Sequence record: MN018232.1
DNA length: 64,000 nt
Strand: one strand, 5' to 3'
A program made the position numbers and the translations under genes. Shown in pieces: positions 28,638 through 39,376 of the stretch; position 1 is the first letter of the stretch; each line of letters begins with the position of its first letter. The notes under the pieces are model-generated. The model was given only the letters and a program-made list of their open reading frames with translations. It ran no database searches and had not been told where the DNA came from.

Positions 28638-29289
28638 GATCTTCTACTCTGGTTCTGCTTGCATGTATCCAGAACACAATCAACTTGATCCTGACAACCC
28701 TGACTGTCGTGAAGAATCAGCATACCCAGCAGACCCAGACTCCGAATATGGATGGGAGAAATTGTTCTCAGAACGTCTCTACTTTGCTTACTCTCGTAAT
28801 TACGGGATCCCTGTTCGTGTCGCTAGGTATCATAACATCTTTGGACCTGAGGGAACCTGGGACGGTGGAAGAGAGAAAGCACCAGCTGCAATCTGCCGTA
28901 AAGTCGCTTACCTCCCGAAGGTCGGTGGAGGAATCGAGGTGTGGGGAGATGGCTTACAGACTCGCTCCTTCCTGTTCATTGACGAATGCATTGAAGCAAC
29001 TCGAAGATTGATGGATAGTGACTTCCAAGGTCCAGTAAATATTGGTTCCGAGGAAATGGTGACTATCAATCAACTGGTTGATACTGCAGCAAAAGTGTCT
29101 GATAAGGTAGTCAGAAAGATCTATAAACTCGATGCTCCTACGGGTGTCCGTGGTCGTAATTCAAATAACGATCTCATCCGTGAGAAACTTGGTTGGGATT
29201 ACTCTCAGAGTCTTGAAGAGGGTATCCGTAAGACATACGAATGGATTTGTACACAAATTGAGGAGAAAGTAGATGGGACTAGCAATTGA
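28630..29289 (+). pseudogene. NAD-dependent epimerase (GDP-mannose 3,5-epimerase-like), 5'-truncated
   Basis: FYSGSACMYP, YGWEK (YxxxK), REKAPAAICRK, GVRGRNS; no GxxGxxG. Confidence 0.8.
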
Positions 29290-29986
29290 TAAAATTCATG
29301 AGATGGTAGGTAACCGTGAGTCTGTGGTTATCTTCGAGGTGGGATGTGCAGATGGTACTGACTCGAAGGAATTTCTTCGACAGTTTGGTCCTAATCTGAA
29401 ACTGTATACGTTTGATCCTGACCCCACCAATATCAAAGCGATGTCAACGCCTGGTGGTAAAGATGTCAAAGGTGTAACTAATGACAACCTTCGTTCTGAT
29501 AGTCGTCACACATTCACTCCTGCGGCAATTGCAGCACAGGATGGTGTAACCACATTCACACGTTCTAGGAATGTCAATGCACCTGATGGTGGTGTAGACT
29601 TTGGTAGGTACTCTGGTTCTATCTACGAACCAAAGACTATCATTGATGGTGGTCCAAAGGGTAACCGTTGGCCATTCATCAAATACGATGAGAAGATTAC
29701 AGTCTCTACTCGTAGTCTTGATTCATTCTGTGAAGAGAATGGTATTGAACACATCGACTTCTTGTGGATGGATGTTCAAGGTGCAGAGAAGGAAGTGTTC
29801 CTTGGTGCAAAGAATATGATCGGTAAGATTGATTATATCTACACCGAGTATCATGAAGAAGAAATGTATGAAGGTGCAACTAACCTTCAGACTGTTTCAG
29901 ATCTGCTTCCTGGATATGATCTAGCACAGAACTGGCCATACACTGATGTGATGGGTGGTGATGCATTGTTTAAACTGAGAGACTGA
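29273..29986 (+). CDS. FkbM-family methyltransferase
   Basis: IFEVGCADG, IDFLWMDVQGAE, YIYTEY. Confidence 0.88.
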   Translation: MGLAIDKIHEMVGNRESVVIFEVGCADGTDSKEFLRQFGPNLKLYTFDPDPTNIKAMSTPGGKDVKGVTNDNLRSDSRHTFTPAAIAAQDGVTTFTRSRNVNAPDGGVDFGRYSGSIYEPKTIIDGGPKGNRWPFIKYDEKITVSTRSLDSFCEENGIEHIDFLWMDVQGAEKEVFLGAKNMIGKIDYIYTEYHEEEMYEGATNLQTVSDLLPGYDLAQNWPYTDVMGGDALFKLRD

Positions 29987-29987
29987 C

Positions 29988-30872
29988 ATGAAAGTATTTG
30001 ACGTATTTCTTTTTGGTTATGAGTTAGATCTGTTGGAGATTCGTATGAATCTTCTTGATCCATATGTTGATTACTTTGTATTCAGTGAGGGTAGTAAAAC
30101 TTTCTCTGGTGAAGATAAGGGGTATATCTTTAAAAAGACTGACAAGAGATTCAAGAAGTTCAAAGATAAGATTATCTACACCAAGATTGAAGAACCTTCT
30201 CAAGAAGAACTTCAAGCAAAAGGTATTCAATACAACGTGAAGAGAGAGTCCTTCATGAGGGACACATACTACAAAGATAGTATCATGGATGTATTGAAGG
30301 AACATTGTTCTGATGAAGACATCATCATCTGGAGTGATTTGGATGAGGTACCTAATCCTGAAGTCATTGAACAGTATGAATCATTCTACAAACCTGGTAC
30401 TGTCTACAACTTTGCACAAGACAACTATCAAGCTGCACTGAACTGGTTCGAGACCAGTGGTACGATTCATTCTCAAACCAAAGATTTCTCTTATGAAGAA
30501 GAGGGTCCTCGTTGGATTGGTACAAAGATGTGTGACTTTGCCACACTGAAGAAGTACACTCTGACTGGTATGAGACGTGAACTTCCTCAAGAGAATAATC
30601 TTAGGATCTATCCTGGTGGTTGGCACTGGAGCACGGTTGGTAGTGATGAAGAGACTACCATGTATGATCGAGTGATGAAGAAGATTAAATCTTCAGCACA
30701 CACTGAGTTGAATAATGATAGACTGATTGGTGAGTTGGAACAAAGACTTAAGGATGGTAGATCACCACTTGGTCAAGACAATGCATCCTATTGTATCTGT
30801 CACTTTGACGAAGATCGATTCCCTCAGTATCTTATTGACAACCAAGAGAAGTATTCTTATCTAATCAAATGA
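29988..30872 (+). CDS. Glycosyltransferase family 17 (GlcNAc transferase-like)
   Basis: ELDLLEIRM, FVFSEG, SDLDEVP, GGWHWS. Confidence 0.85.
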   Translation: MKVFDVFLFGYELDLLEIRMNLLDPYVDYFVFSEGSKTFSGEDKGYIFKKTDKRFKKFKDKIIYTKIEEPSQEELQAKGIQYNVKRESFMRDTYYKDSIMDVLKEHCSDEDIIIWSDLDEVPNPEVIEQYESFYKPGTVYNFAQDNYQAALNWFETSGTIHSQTKDFSYEEEGPRWIGTKMCDFATLKKYTLTGMRRELPQENNLRIYPGGWHWSTVGSDEETTMYDRVMKKIKSSAHTELNNDRLIGELEQRLKDGRSPLGQDNASYCICHFDEDRFPQYLIDNQEKYSYLIK

Positions 30873-31843
30873 TCGTTACTGAAATCTATAGGGGTTCTGG
30901 ACTGGGAAACCAGATCTGGAACCTTGTCGTATCAAGGATCCTTGCACGCAGACATGGATACAAGTGGGGTGTCATGAAGACCACTCCATTCAAGGCAAAG
31001 AACTTTATGCCTGACTTCTACTTTGGTGAGGAAGTTATCGGTGGTTCTACACCACGGGAGGGACAACAACCTGCATCTCTCCCACAAGGTATTAAACACT
31101 ATATTCGTGAGCAGTCTGTCCCTCTTCCTCAGTGTGGACATGATGGTATCTTCTTTGATCCTGGTCTTTGGAATAATCTACCTGACAATTCAAAGATTGA
31201 TGGATTATTTCAATGTCTGTCATACCTAGATGGTCAAAAGAGTACCATCCGAGAATGGTTGAAGACTAATATTGATGTCCGAGATTACTCTGACGATGAT
31301 ACTTGTGTAATTCACTTCCGTGGTGGTGAGTATTTGATCACTGCTTCATGGTTGGAACCTAAGTTCTATGAGAACGCACGTGATCGTATGTTGGAATACA
31401 ATCCCAATATGAAATTTGTGGTTGTCACAGATGATCCTGAGAATGCAAACAAGTTCATCCCATGGGCAAAGGTTGTAGGTGCCACCACTCTTTCTGAACA
31501 AGAAGATATCGAACAAGGAACTGGATTCTTCAAGTATAAGGGTGGTAATATTGGGGTTGATTGGTCGATCCTATATAATGCTAGGAATGTAATTATGTCT
31601 GCATCGACATTTTCTTTCTGGCCTGTATGGACAAGTGAAGAAGTTAAAAAAGTAATCGCTCCTAAGTATTGGTTCGACCACAAGACATCTGATGGATGGT
31701 GGCGTGGTGATGATATGATTGTACCAACCTGGGACTACATCGATAGAGATGGTAAAGAGTTCTCTGGCACAGAGTGTGAGAAGGAATGGGATGTTTACAG
31801 GATTAAGAGTCCGTTGTATACTAGAAATCAAACTGTAGAATAA
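30869..31843 (+). CDS. Glycosyltransferase family 11 (alpha-1,2-fucosyltransferase-like)
   Basis: GLGNQ, HFRGGEY, SASTFSFW. Confidence 0.85.
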   Translation: MIVTEIYRGSGLGNQIWNLVVSRILARRHGYKWGVMKTTPFKAKNFMPDFYFGEEVIGGSTPREGQQPASLPQGIKHYIREQSVPLPQCGHDGIFFDPGLWNNLPDNSKIDGLFQCLSYLDGQKSTIREWLKTNIDVRDYSDDDTCVIHFRGGEYLITASWLEPKFYENARDRMLEYNPNMKFVVVTDDPENANKFIPWAKVVGATTLSEQEDIEQGTGFFKYKGGNIGVDWSILYNARNVIMSASTFSFWPVWTSEEVKKVIAPKYWFDHKTSDGWWRGDDMIVPTWDYIDRDGKEFSGTECEKEWDVYRIKSPLYTRNQTVE

Positions 31844-31844
31844 T

Positions 31845-33140
31845 ATGTACCAACTGATTGAGAACTTCATCCAAGACGCCAAAGAGATGGACGATAACGT
31901 CTTTCCCTTCATGGCTAATAAGGATTGGAAGCCAGGTAATAATGTCTACTACTCTGGTCCATATTGGAATGATCTAGAGATCCAAGAACTTATCTATGCT
32001 ACACTGAAAGGTAAGTGGTTGTCTTCTGGTGAGAAGGTAAACAAGTTTGAGAAAGAGTTCTCTGACAGGTTTGGTTTCGATCATTCTGTCATGGTCAACT
32101 CTGGTTCATCAGCAAACCTGGTGATGATTGCTGCTCTGAAGAAATACTTCGGGTGGGAAGATGGTGATGAGGTCATCGTATGTTCCTGTGGTTTTGCTAC
32201 TACCATTGCTCCACTGGTACAGAATGGTTTGAAACCAGTTTTTGTTGACATCAACTGGGATGATCTGAACTGGAATATGGATCAGGTTGAGGAGAAGATC
32301 ACATCAAAGACTCGTGCGGTGTTCTCTTCTCCTGTTCTTGGTAATGCATATGATCTTGATCGTCTAGTTGACATCTGTAAGAGTAAAGACATCCATATCA
32401 TTGCAGATAACTGTGACAGTCTTGGAAGTAAGTACAAAGGTGACTACCTGACCAAACATGCAGTGGCTGCATCTTGTTCTTTCTATCCTGCACACCACAT
32501 CTGTACCATCGAAGGTGGTATGGTATCGTCAAATATCAAAGGGATTGTAGACCTGGCTCGTAGTTTTGCTTGGTGGGGTCGTGGTTGTTATTGTGTTGGA
32601 CAACAAAATCTCCTCTCTAATGGTGTCTGTGGTCGTCGATTTGACACTTGGTTGGATGGTTATGAAGATGTTGTGGATCACAAGTATGTGTTCTCACAGA
32701 TGGGTTATAACCTGAAACCCCTTGACATGCAGGGTGCTGTTGGTTCAGTTCAACTCCTGAAGTTTGATGAGATTCATAATCTGAGGAGAAAGAACAAGGA
32801 GAGGATTCAAAAGATCATCGAGACTATTCCTGGTTGTCGTGTTGTCAACGAACGTGAAGACAGTGAAACCAGTTGGTTTGGTGTTCCTATTGTATGTGAT
32901 GACAAGAAACTGAAACACTCTCTTGTCGCTCACCTTGAGAAGAACAAAGTTCAGACTCGTAATTACTTTGCTGGTAATATCCTTCTTCATCCTGGTTACT
33001 CACATCTTGATGATGCCATGAAGTACCCTGAAGCGAATAAGGTTCTTAATACAGTGTTCTTCCTTGGTTGTTCTCCTGTCATCACTGATGATATGATTGA
33101 TTACATTGGACAAGTAGTAGAGGATTTCAAGAATGCTTGA
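31845..33140 (+). CDS. rfbH: CDP-4-keto-6-deoxyglucose-3-dehydrase (E1, DegT/DnrJ family)
   Basis: VNSGSSANL, DNCDSLGS, SFYPAHH (His at the usual Lys), WGRGCYC...VCGRRF Fe-S Cys cluster, TRNYFAGN. Confidence 0.82.
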   Translation: MYQLIENFIQDAKEMDDNVFPFMANKDWKPGNNVYYSGPYWNDLEIQELIYATLKGKWLSSGEKVNKFEKEFSDRFGFDHSVMVNSGSSANLVMIAALKKYFGWEDGDEVIVCSCGFATTIAPLVQNGLKPVFVDINWDDLNWNMDQVEEKITSKTRAVFSSPVLGNAYDLDRLVDICKSKDIHIIADNCDSLGSKYKGDYLTKHAVAASCSFYPAHHICTIEGGMVSSNIKGIVDLARSFAWWGRGCYCVGQQNLLSNGVCGRRFDTWLDGYEDVVDHKYVFSQMGYNLKPLDMQGAVGSVQLLKFDEIHNLRRKNKERIQKIIETIPGCRVVNEREDSETSWFGVPIVCDDKKLKHSLVAHLEKNKVQTRNYFAGNILLHPGYSHLDDAMKYPEANKVLNTVFFLGCSPVITDDMIDYIGQVVEDFKNA

Positions 33141-33855
33141 TCTATCCAGAGTTACATGCTTTGCGATTGATAACACAAATCGAATAGAAGAAACCATCAA
33201 GGCACTTCACACTTGTAAAAGTGTTGCAAACTTTGGGGATGTCAAGTTAGTCACCACCCCTGAGTATGTCACTAAGTACAATGAGGAACTGTCCTCTGAT
33301 GGTATTTTAGTAGAGGAGCTTACAAAACCAATCAACAACATTGATGATTATAGTTACTATATGCTATATCGTCTTCATAAACATATTGATACTGATTATG
33401 TTCTCACCATCCAAGATCACGCGTTCATACTTAATCCTGATGCTTGGATGGATGAGTTTTTTGATTATGATTACATTGGTGCTCCCTGGCCCCTACGAGA
33501 AAGAGCGTACGTCACCCCGTTTGGAGAACATCAAAGGGTAGGTAATGGTGGGTTCTCTTTCAGATCAAAGAAACTATTAGAGGTACCAACACATACATGG
33601 ATTCCATTCAAGTGTGCAGAGGTTGCACCAGACTTCTATAAGATGTTCGGTAGTAACAATACAAATGAAGACGGTAACATCACAGTACATAACAAACACT
33701 TATATGAGAAGTGTGGGTGTAAAATTGCTCCTATTGAGATTGCAAAGCACTTCTCATACGAGTCCCCTGTTCCTGAGAATCGTGGTATAATTCCATTTGG
33801 TTTTCATAATAATCTTCCACCTGGTATTGAGGTGGAGGGTTACAACCCCCGATAA
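33133..33855 (+). CDS. Glycosyltransferase-like protein (DUF5672-type)
   Basis: YVLTIQDHAF, YDYIGAPW, VGNGGFSFRSKK, NEDG, PFGFH. Confidence 0.78.
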   Translation: MLDLSRVTCFAIDNTNRIEETIKALHTCKSVANFGDVKLVTTPEYVTKYNEELSSDGILVEELTKPINNIDDYSYYMLYRLHKHIDTDYVLTIQDHAFILNPDAWMDEFFDYDYIGAPWPLRERAYVTPFGEHQRVGNGGFSFRSKKLLEVPTHTWIPFKCAEVAPDFYKMFGSNNTNEDGNITVHNKHLYEKCGCKIAPIEIAKHFSYESPVPENRGIIPFGFHNNLPPGIEVEGYNPR

Positions 33856-33858
33856 ATA
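33852..33858 (+). promoter_or_regulatory. Internal T4-type late promoter in the glycan operon
   Basis: ATAAATA in the only sizeable intergenic gap, 19 nt before ATG 33878. Confidence 0.65.
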
Positions 33859-33877
33859 TTTCAAATTCATTATTACT

Positions 33878-34561
33878 ATGTCATTTGTTTATAATGCACC
33901 CTCCTTTGTTGAGGAGGATAATGTGTTTCCTGAAGGTCCAAAGAGAACTGATAACAACACAGCATCTTACACTCTCAATCACGTTACCTTTGCAGAACGT
34001 ATTGAAGAGCTTGGAGGAGAAGGAGATATTCTAGAGTTCGGTGTCTGTAGTGGTGGTACAATCCTTCCTATCGGACAGAAGAATCCATCCCGTAAGGTCT
34101 TTGGTTTCGACCACTTCAAAGGTCTGGAGGTCACACAGCAACCCACACCATCGTATGCTGGATGGGCAGAGGGTGCATTCCGTATTGGTGATCCCTCATA
34201 TACCTGGATCCCTAAGACTGTAGAAGATGTTATGAGGAAGTGTTCTGTCTCACCGAACATCAAGATCTTTGTTGAAGATGTTCATGAGATGGTAGAGAAA
34301 GAACCATCTGACTTTGGTATTGGTAAGGTCGGTGCAATTCATATTGACCTGGACATCTACGAACCAACCGTCTCCGCATTTAAGTTCATTGATAAGTGTG
34401 AGTGGGATCAACTGTACTTTCGATTTGATGACTGGCATGGTCATGAACCTGACTATGATCACCATGAGAGAAAGGCTTTCCGAGAGTGGTTGACCAAACA
34501 CGGATACAAGTTTGAAATCTATGAGGATGGTATCAGTGCTGGTGTGAAGGTATGGAAATAA
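33878..34561 (+). CDS. TylF/MycF-like class I SAM methyltransferase (227 aa)
   Basis: ILEFGVCSG, GFDHFKGL, IHIDLDIY, FDDW; start reassigned to MSFVY. Confidence 0.8.
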   Translation: MSFVYNAPSFVEEDNVFPEGPKRTDNNTASYTLNHVTFAERIEELGGEGDILEFGVCSGGTILPIGQKNPSRKVFGFDHFKGLEVTQQPTPSYAGWAEGAFRIGDPSYTWIPKTVEDVMRKCSVSPNIKIFVEDVHEMVEKEPSDFGIGKVGAIHIDLDIYEPTVSAFKFIDKCEWDQLYFRFDDWHGHEPDYDHHERKAFREWLTKHGYKFEIYEDGISAGVKVWK

Positions 34562-35265
34562 AGGTATCTGTAGTCATCCCTTGTTATGAGTATGGTGGTA
34601 AGGGTGTCAGATATCTCTCTGATATGTTTCGAACCATCTCACAACAAACACTCAAAGAAGTAGAAGTTATTGTTACTGACCAGAGTGTTGATACAGAGAT
34701 TGAAGATTTTTGTAATGACAATATCTTTGATCTCAATATCATCTACTTCAGAGATGAAGAACATAGAGGTGATGTTGCAACCAATATGAACATTGGAATG
34801 GATCTTGCCAAGGGTGAGGTTGTCAAGATGATGTTCATGGATGACTACTTCTATACCAAAGATGCATTGGAGAAAACTTACAATGCATTGATGAACTCTG
34901 ATAAGATGTGGTTAGTTTGTGGAACTAATCACACCAGAGATGATGGTAGAACATTTGATACATTCCTAATGCCAAGATGGAATGACAATATGTTGAGAGC
35001 AAGAGGTAACAATACCATGAGTGGTGTTGCTGTTATCTCTTACAAGAACAAAGACATGGATGTAAGGTGGGATCCTAAGACATGTATGTTACTGGACATT
35101 GATTTCTACTATTCATTGAGAACTAAGTACGGTGATTGTTATTATCTCAATGACTGTCTGATGACTCAAAGAGTGAATAAGGATGCACTATCCTCCACAA
35201 TTAGTGACGAAGTAGTACAGAAAGAATTTGAATATTGTAGAAAGAAACACGGTATCACATTATGA
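34552..35265 (+). CDS. Glycosyltransferase family 2
   Basis: VSVVIPCYE, IVTDQS, MFMDDYF. Confidence 0.85.
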   Translation: MEIKVSVVIPCYEYGGKGVRYLSDMFRTISQQTLKEVEVIVTDQSVDTEIEDFCNDNIFDLNIIYFRDEEHRGDVATNMNIGMDLAKGEVVKMMFMDDYFYTKDALEKTYNALMNSDKMWLVCGTNHTRDDGRTFDTFLMPRWNDNMLRARGNNTMSGVAVISYKNKDMDVRWDPKTCMLLDIDFYYSLRTKYGDCYYLNDCLMTQRVNKDALSSTISDEVVQKEFEYCRKKHGITL

Positions 35266-36089
35266 AACACTACCTATCAGTCGCATCAGTATTCAAAAAT
35301 GAAAGCTGGAATCTTAAAGAGTGGATTCTACATTATAAGCATCATGGTGTTGATCACATCTATCTGGTCAACGACTTCAGTGATGACGAGTACATGCCTA
35401 TTCTTGAACCTTTCATTCGTGAAGGCTTTGTTACTCTCTTCCAAAATGACATCACAGAGAGATACACTGGTAGGCAGACTGATGTAAACAATAAATTCTT
35501 TCTACCTGTTTGTAACGAAACTCAATGGATTGCACAAATTGATCTAGATGAATTTCTATATAGTCCAAAGACAATAAATCTTAAGGAAATCTTACGAAAG
35601 TACGAGAACTATGGAACCGTCGAAACCAACTGGGTATGGTTTAATAGTAACGATCATCTTTACCATCCTACTGGTGGTCTCGTTCAGAATTTTACATCTC
35701 GTGCGGAGTTCGGGGATAGGGTATGGATGACTCACCGATCACGATGTGCGGGATCTGGTCAAGAGGAACCCGAGTGGTTCAACCTCTGGGCACCAAAACA
35801 GATTGCAAATACAAAGTTTGGTGTTACCAACTTCAACATTCATAAGATATTTACAGCTGGTCCTACAATCAATCTGTCATTTGTAGGGAGACCAGATGAT
35901 CCCGAGATCCTAAACAACCACTATCAGATCCAATCTCGTGAGTTCTGGGAGAAGATCAAGATGACTAGGGGTGCTTTAAATAACTGGTACGCAGCTAACG
36001 CGAGAGGTTGGCACACCTTCTATTCACTTGACGTAGGTGATATAACTGATACAACACTGGCAGAACAAAATAAGGAGATCAAATTATGA
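35262..36089 (+). CDS. Glycosyltransferase family 92/GT-A-like
   Basis: FKNESWNLKEWILHYKHHGVDHIYL, IDLDEF, LNNHY. Confidence 0.82.
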   Translation: MKHYLSVASVFKNESWNLKEWILHYKHHGVDHIYLVNDFSDDEYMPILEPFIREGFVTLFQNDITERYTGRQTDVNNKFFLPVCNETQWIAQIDLDEFLYSPKTINLKEILRKYENYGTVETNWVWFNSNDHLYHPTGGLVQNFTSRAEFGDRVWMTHRSRCAGSGQEEPEWFNLWAPKQIANTKFGVTNFNIHKIFTAGPTINLSFVGRPDDPEILNNHYQIQSREFWEKIKMTRGALNNWYAANARGWHTFYSLDVGDITDTTLAEQNKEIKL

Positions 36090-36892
36090 CCATCGGTATG
36101 AACAACCTGGGACGGAACGGAAGGATTGGTAATCAGATGTTCCAGTATGCTGCACTGGTTGGTATTGCAAAGAATCGTGGATATGATTTTGTCATTCCTG
36201 AAGGGACTGAACTAAGTAATTGTTTTGAGATGCTCCACTGTGGTGGTAGGTTTGGACTTATCGATGGTGATGAAGTAGAACTCCATGACTCTCATGAATT
36301 CTGTCAAGAACTGTACGATCATTGTCCTAATCACACTCACCTGAATGGTTACTTTCAGAGTGACAAATATTTCAAGGATGCATGGAGACAACTGAAGTGG
36401 GACTTTAGATTCAAGGAAGAAGTAATCTCAGCCGTTGACTACAACTGGGGAGACATCTTGAGTGAGAGTCCTGTATCTATTTGTGTGAGAGAATACAACA
36501 ATCACTTTGATTATCCTGGTGCATCAAACAATCATCGTAATCTTCCATGGGAATATTGGGAGAGAGCAATTGATATCCTAGGTAAAGACAGACCATATAT
36601 TATCTGTTCAAACAATCTGAAGTTGTGTGAGGAACAAGAAGTATTCAAGGGTGATAACTTCTACTTCAATGACATCACAGTCAGTGTAGATAAATCACAC
36701 TTTGATATGTGTCTGTTGTCTAAGTGTAGTGATCACATCATCTCCAACTCTACATTCTCCTGGTGGGGAGCATACCTATCTCAGAACCCAGACAAACGTG
36801 TCATTTGTCCTGATGTATGGTATGGTAGTGGTTTACAGCATATCAGTACACAGGATCTGTTACCCGAGTCCTGGGAGGTTATTAAGTCATGA
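36086..36892 (+). CDS. Glycosyltransferase family 11, atypical motif
   Basis: GRIGNQMFQYA, GYFQS, ICVREY in place of HVRRGD, SNSTFSWW. Confidence 0.83.
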   Translation: MTIGMNNLGRNGRIGNQMFQYAALVGIAKNRGYDFVIPEGTELSNCFEMLHCGGRFGLIDGDEVELHDSHEFCQELYDHCPNHTHLNGYFQSDKYFKDAWRQLKWDFRFKEEVISAVDYNWGDILSESPVSICVREYNNHFDYPGASNNHRNLPWEYWERAIDILGKDRPYIICSNNLKLCEEQEVFKGDNFYFNDITVSVDKSHFDMCLLSKCSDHIISNSTFSWWGAYLSQNPDKRVICPDVWYGSGLQHISTQDLLPESWEVIKS

Positions 36893-37668
36893 TTGAAGTT
36901 GCAATTCATAATGGTTCACCTGGTCTTGCAAATAGAATTAAGAACTATGTGTCTATTCTAAGGACTTTCAAACAAGCATTGACCACTAAAGATGCAGATG
37001 CGTATATCTTTGATGACATCAGAGTCGCAACTGATGAGGAATTAAATACGTTTCCATGTTATGACAACTGGAGACTTGCAACTGTTCCAGGTGAAGACAA
37101 ATATAAAACTGAATACAAACACATTGACCTTCTGTATGACAAGACTCCAGAACATTTTGTTGAGGAATACAAGAAGGCATTCAAGTATCTTAAAATTAAT
37201 AAAGATATTCTAGAATACGTTGATGACTTTACAAAAGACTGGGATGGAGTGATTGGTCTTCACATCAGGTCTTGGTATTGTGATCGACACAAGTATCATA
37301 GTAATGAATTATTCGAGAATGTTATTGATAGTTTAGATAAAGATAAGAAAATCTTTTTGTGTGGTGATAACGATGATGTCTTGAAACACTTTGAGACTAA
37401 GTATGGTGACAGAATCATCACTCACTCACAAGATAGATACAATCATCCACATAAGGCAGAGTCAGGACATAATACTTCTACACAAGCTAGTGTTGATGCA
37501 TTCATTGACTTGATGTTATTGTCTAGGTGTGATACAATTGTTGGGACTTATGCCTCAACATTTGCTGAGGTTGCATGGTGGTTGGGTGACTGTAAACCAA
37601 AGGTCATTATTCCAGAACCACCAAACGTAGAGGAGTCATTTAAGAATAGGATTTTTGAGAAACTATGA
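36889..37668 (+). CDS. Fucosyltransferase-like GT-B protein (NodZ/GT23-like)
   Basis: GLANRI, IGLHIRS, AFIDLMLLSRCD...STF. Confidence 0.7.
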   Translation: MIEVAIHNGSPGLANRIKNYVSILRTFKQALTTKDADAYIFDDIRVATDEELNTFPCYDNWRLATVPGEDKYKTEYKHIDLLYDKTPEHFVEEYKKAFKYLKINKDILEYVDDFTKDWDGVIGLHIRSWYCDRHKYHSNELFENVIDSLDKDKKIFLCGDNDDVLKHFETKYGDRIITHSQDRYNHPHKAESGHNTSTQASVDAFIDLMLLSRCDTIVGTYASTFAEVAWWLGDCKPKVIIPEPPNVEESFKNRIFEKL

Positions 37669-38561
37669 GAACGTCACTTGTTACTGGTGGAGCTGGTTTT
37701 ATTGGAAGCCATCTTGTCAACAAACTTCTTGAGATGGGTCACGAAGTTATCGTGATTGATAATGAATCATCTGATGGTCATGATGATTACTATTGGAATA
37801 AAGATGCAAGAAACTATCATCAAGATATCAGACACTATTCAACAATTGAAAAGGTATTTAAGAATGTAGATTATGTGTACCACCTTGCAGCAAAGGCTAG
37901 TGTACAAGCATCTGTAGATAATCCTATCCCTACGATCGAGACACAGGTCATGGGAACAATCAATGTTCTTGAAGCCGCACGTAAACATGGTGTTGAGAAG
38001 TTTATCTACTCTTCAACATCAGCTGCATATGGTAATAAAAATCCTCTTCCAAACAGTGAGGTAATGAGAGAAGACCCTCTCAATGCATATGCTATTGGTA
38101 AACTATCTGGTGAACAGATGGTCAAGGCTTACTATGGTCTGTATGGTATGAAGACTGTAGCATTCCGTTATACCAATGTGTATGGTGAGAGAGCACGTCA
38201 CGTAGGAACATATGCACCAGCAGTCAGTAAGTTTTTGAAGATGAGGAAGGAAGGATTTCCTTTGACAATCTATGGTGATGGTCTACAACGTCGTGACTTC
38301 ATTCATGTGTCTGATGTAGTTGATGCTAATGCATTGATTAGTTTCCAGGAACTTGACAACTGGGGTGAGGTGTATAATATTGGATATGGTGAGAACTGGA
38401 GTATCAAAGAGATTGCAAATGCCATTGATGATAACCAAGTCTTCCTATCTGGTAGACCTGGTGAGATGAGAGAAACACTTGCAGACATTCGTAAAGCAAA
38501 AACAGAACTCACATGGAAACCCAAAGTAAATATTCTGGACTGGATTAAAACCCAACTATGA
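37665..38561 (+). CDS. NAD-dependent epimerase/dehydratase (UDP-glucose 4-epimerase-like)
   Basis: TGGAGFIG, SSTSAAYG, YAIGK, QRRDFIHV. Confidence 0.9.
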   Translation: MRTSLVTGGAGFIGSHLVNKLLEMGHEVIVIDNESSDGHDDYYWNKDARNYHQDIRHYSTIEKVFKNVDYVYHLAAKASVQASVDNPIPTIETQVMGTINVLEAARKHGVEKFIYSSTSAAYGNKNPLPNSEVMREDPLNAYAIGKLSGEQMVKAYYGLYGMKTVAFRYTNVYGERARHVGTYAPAVSKFLKMRKEGFPLTIYGDGLQRRDFIHVSDVVDANALISFQELDNWGEVYNIGYGENWSIKEIANAIDDNQVFLSGRPGEMRETLADIRKAKTELTWKPKVNILDWIKTQL

Positions 38562-39376
38562 TAGACCTCAGTCAAGCGACATTTATTATTCCTATCAGAA
38601 TCGAATCACCTGATAGGTTGAGGAATGTAATTACAACTACGGCATTTCTTTTAGAGAACTTTGATACCAACATCATCATTAAGGAAGTTGATTCAGAGTC
38701 TGTCTTTGAAAGGGATGCCCTTCCTATTTTAAAAGAGATTCTAGATGTTGATGTAAAAGTCAAACACATCTTTGAGCAGAGTGATGAACCACTGTTTCAT
38801 AGACAGAAGGTTCTGAATGAAATGATTATGGAAGCTGATACTGAGATTGTGGTCAACTATGACTGTGATGCAATCCTTCCTATCAATTCATATGTGATGG
38901 CATATCGAGGTATCATGGATGGTATTTACGATGTGGTTTATCCATATGGACAGGGAATGTTCCAGTATCAAGTGAAGGCAAGTGATAATGTTGTCTCAGA
39001 CTTCCTAGAATCATGTGACTATGCTATCTTAAAATCGAACTCTAAGATTCATGACTCTGACTTTGGTTGGGTTCAGTTCTTTAGAAGGTCTGATTATATC
39101 AAAGGTGGTATGGAGAATGAGAACTTCAAGGCCTATGCTCCAGAGGACAAAGAAAGGTATTATAGATACACTACACTTGGTTATAAAGTAGGAAGGATAC
39201 CTGATTACATTTATCACCTTGAACATGCACGTGGTGCAAACTCTTGGTTCACCAATCCTCACATGGCATCTAACATGTCAGAGTGGGAGAAGATTCAAAG
39301 GATGAACAAAGAACAATTAATGGAGTACTATTCAACACAAACATATCTAAAAAAATACTATGAGAATTTTTCTTGA
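38558..39376 (+). CDS. GT-A glycosyltransferase with GT7 C-terminal domain
   Basis: FIIPIR...DRLRN, YDCD, GGMENENF...APEDKE. Confidence 0.78.
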   Translation: MIDLSQATFIIPIRIESPDRLRNVITTTAFLLENFDTNIIIKEVDSESVFERDALPILKEILDVDVKVKHIFEQSDEPLFHRQKVLNEMIMEADTEIVVNYDCDAILPINSYVMAYRGIMDGIYDVVYPYGQGMFQYQVKASDNVVSDFLESCDYAILKSNSKIHDSDFGWVQFFRRSDYIKGGMENENFKAYAPEDKERYYRYTTLGYKVGRIPDYIYHLEHARGANSWFTNPHMASNMSEWEKIQRMNKEQLMEYYSTQTYLKKYYENFS

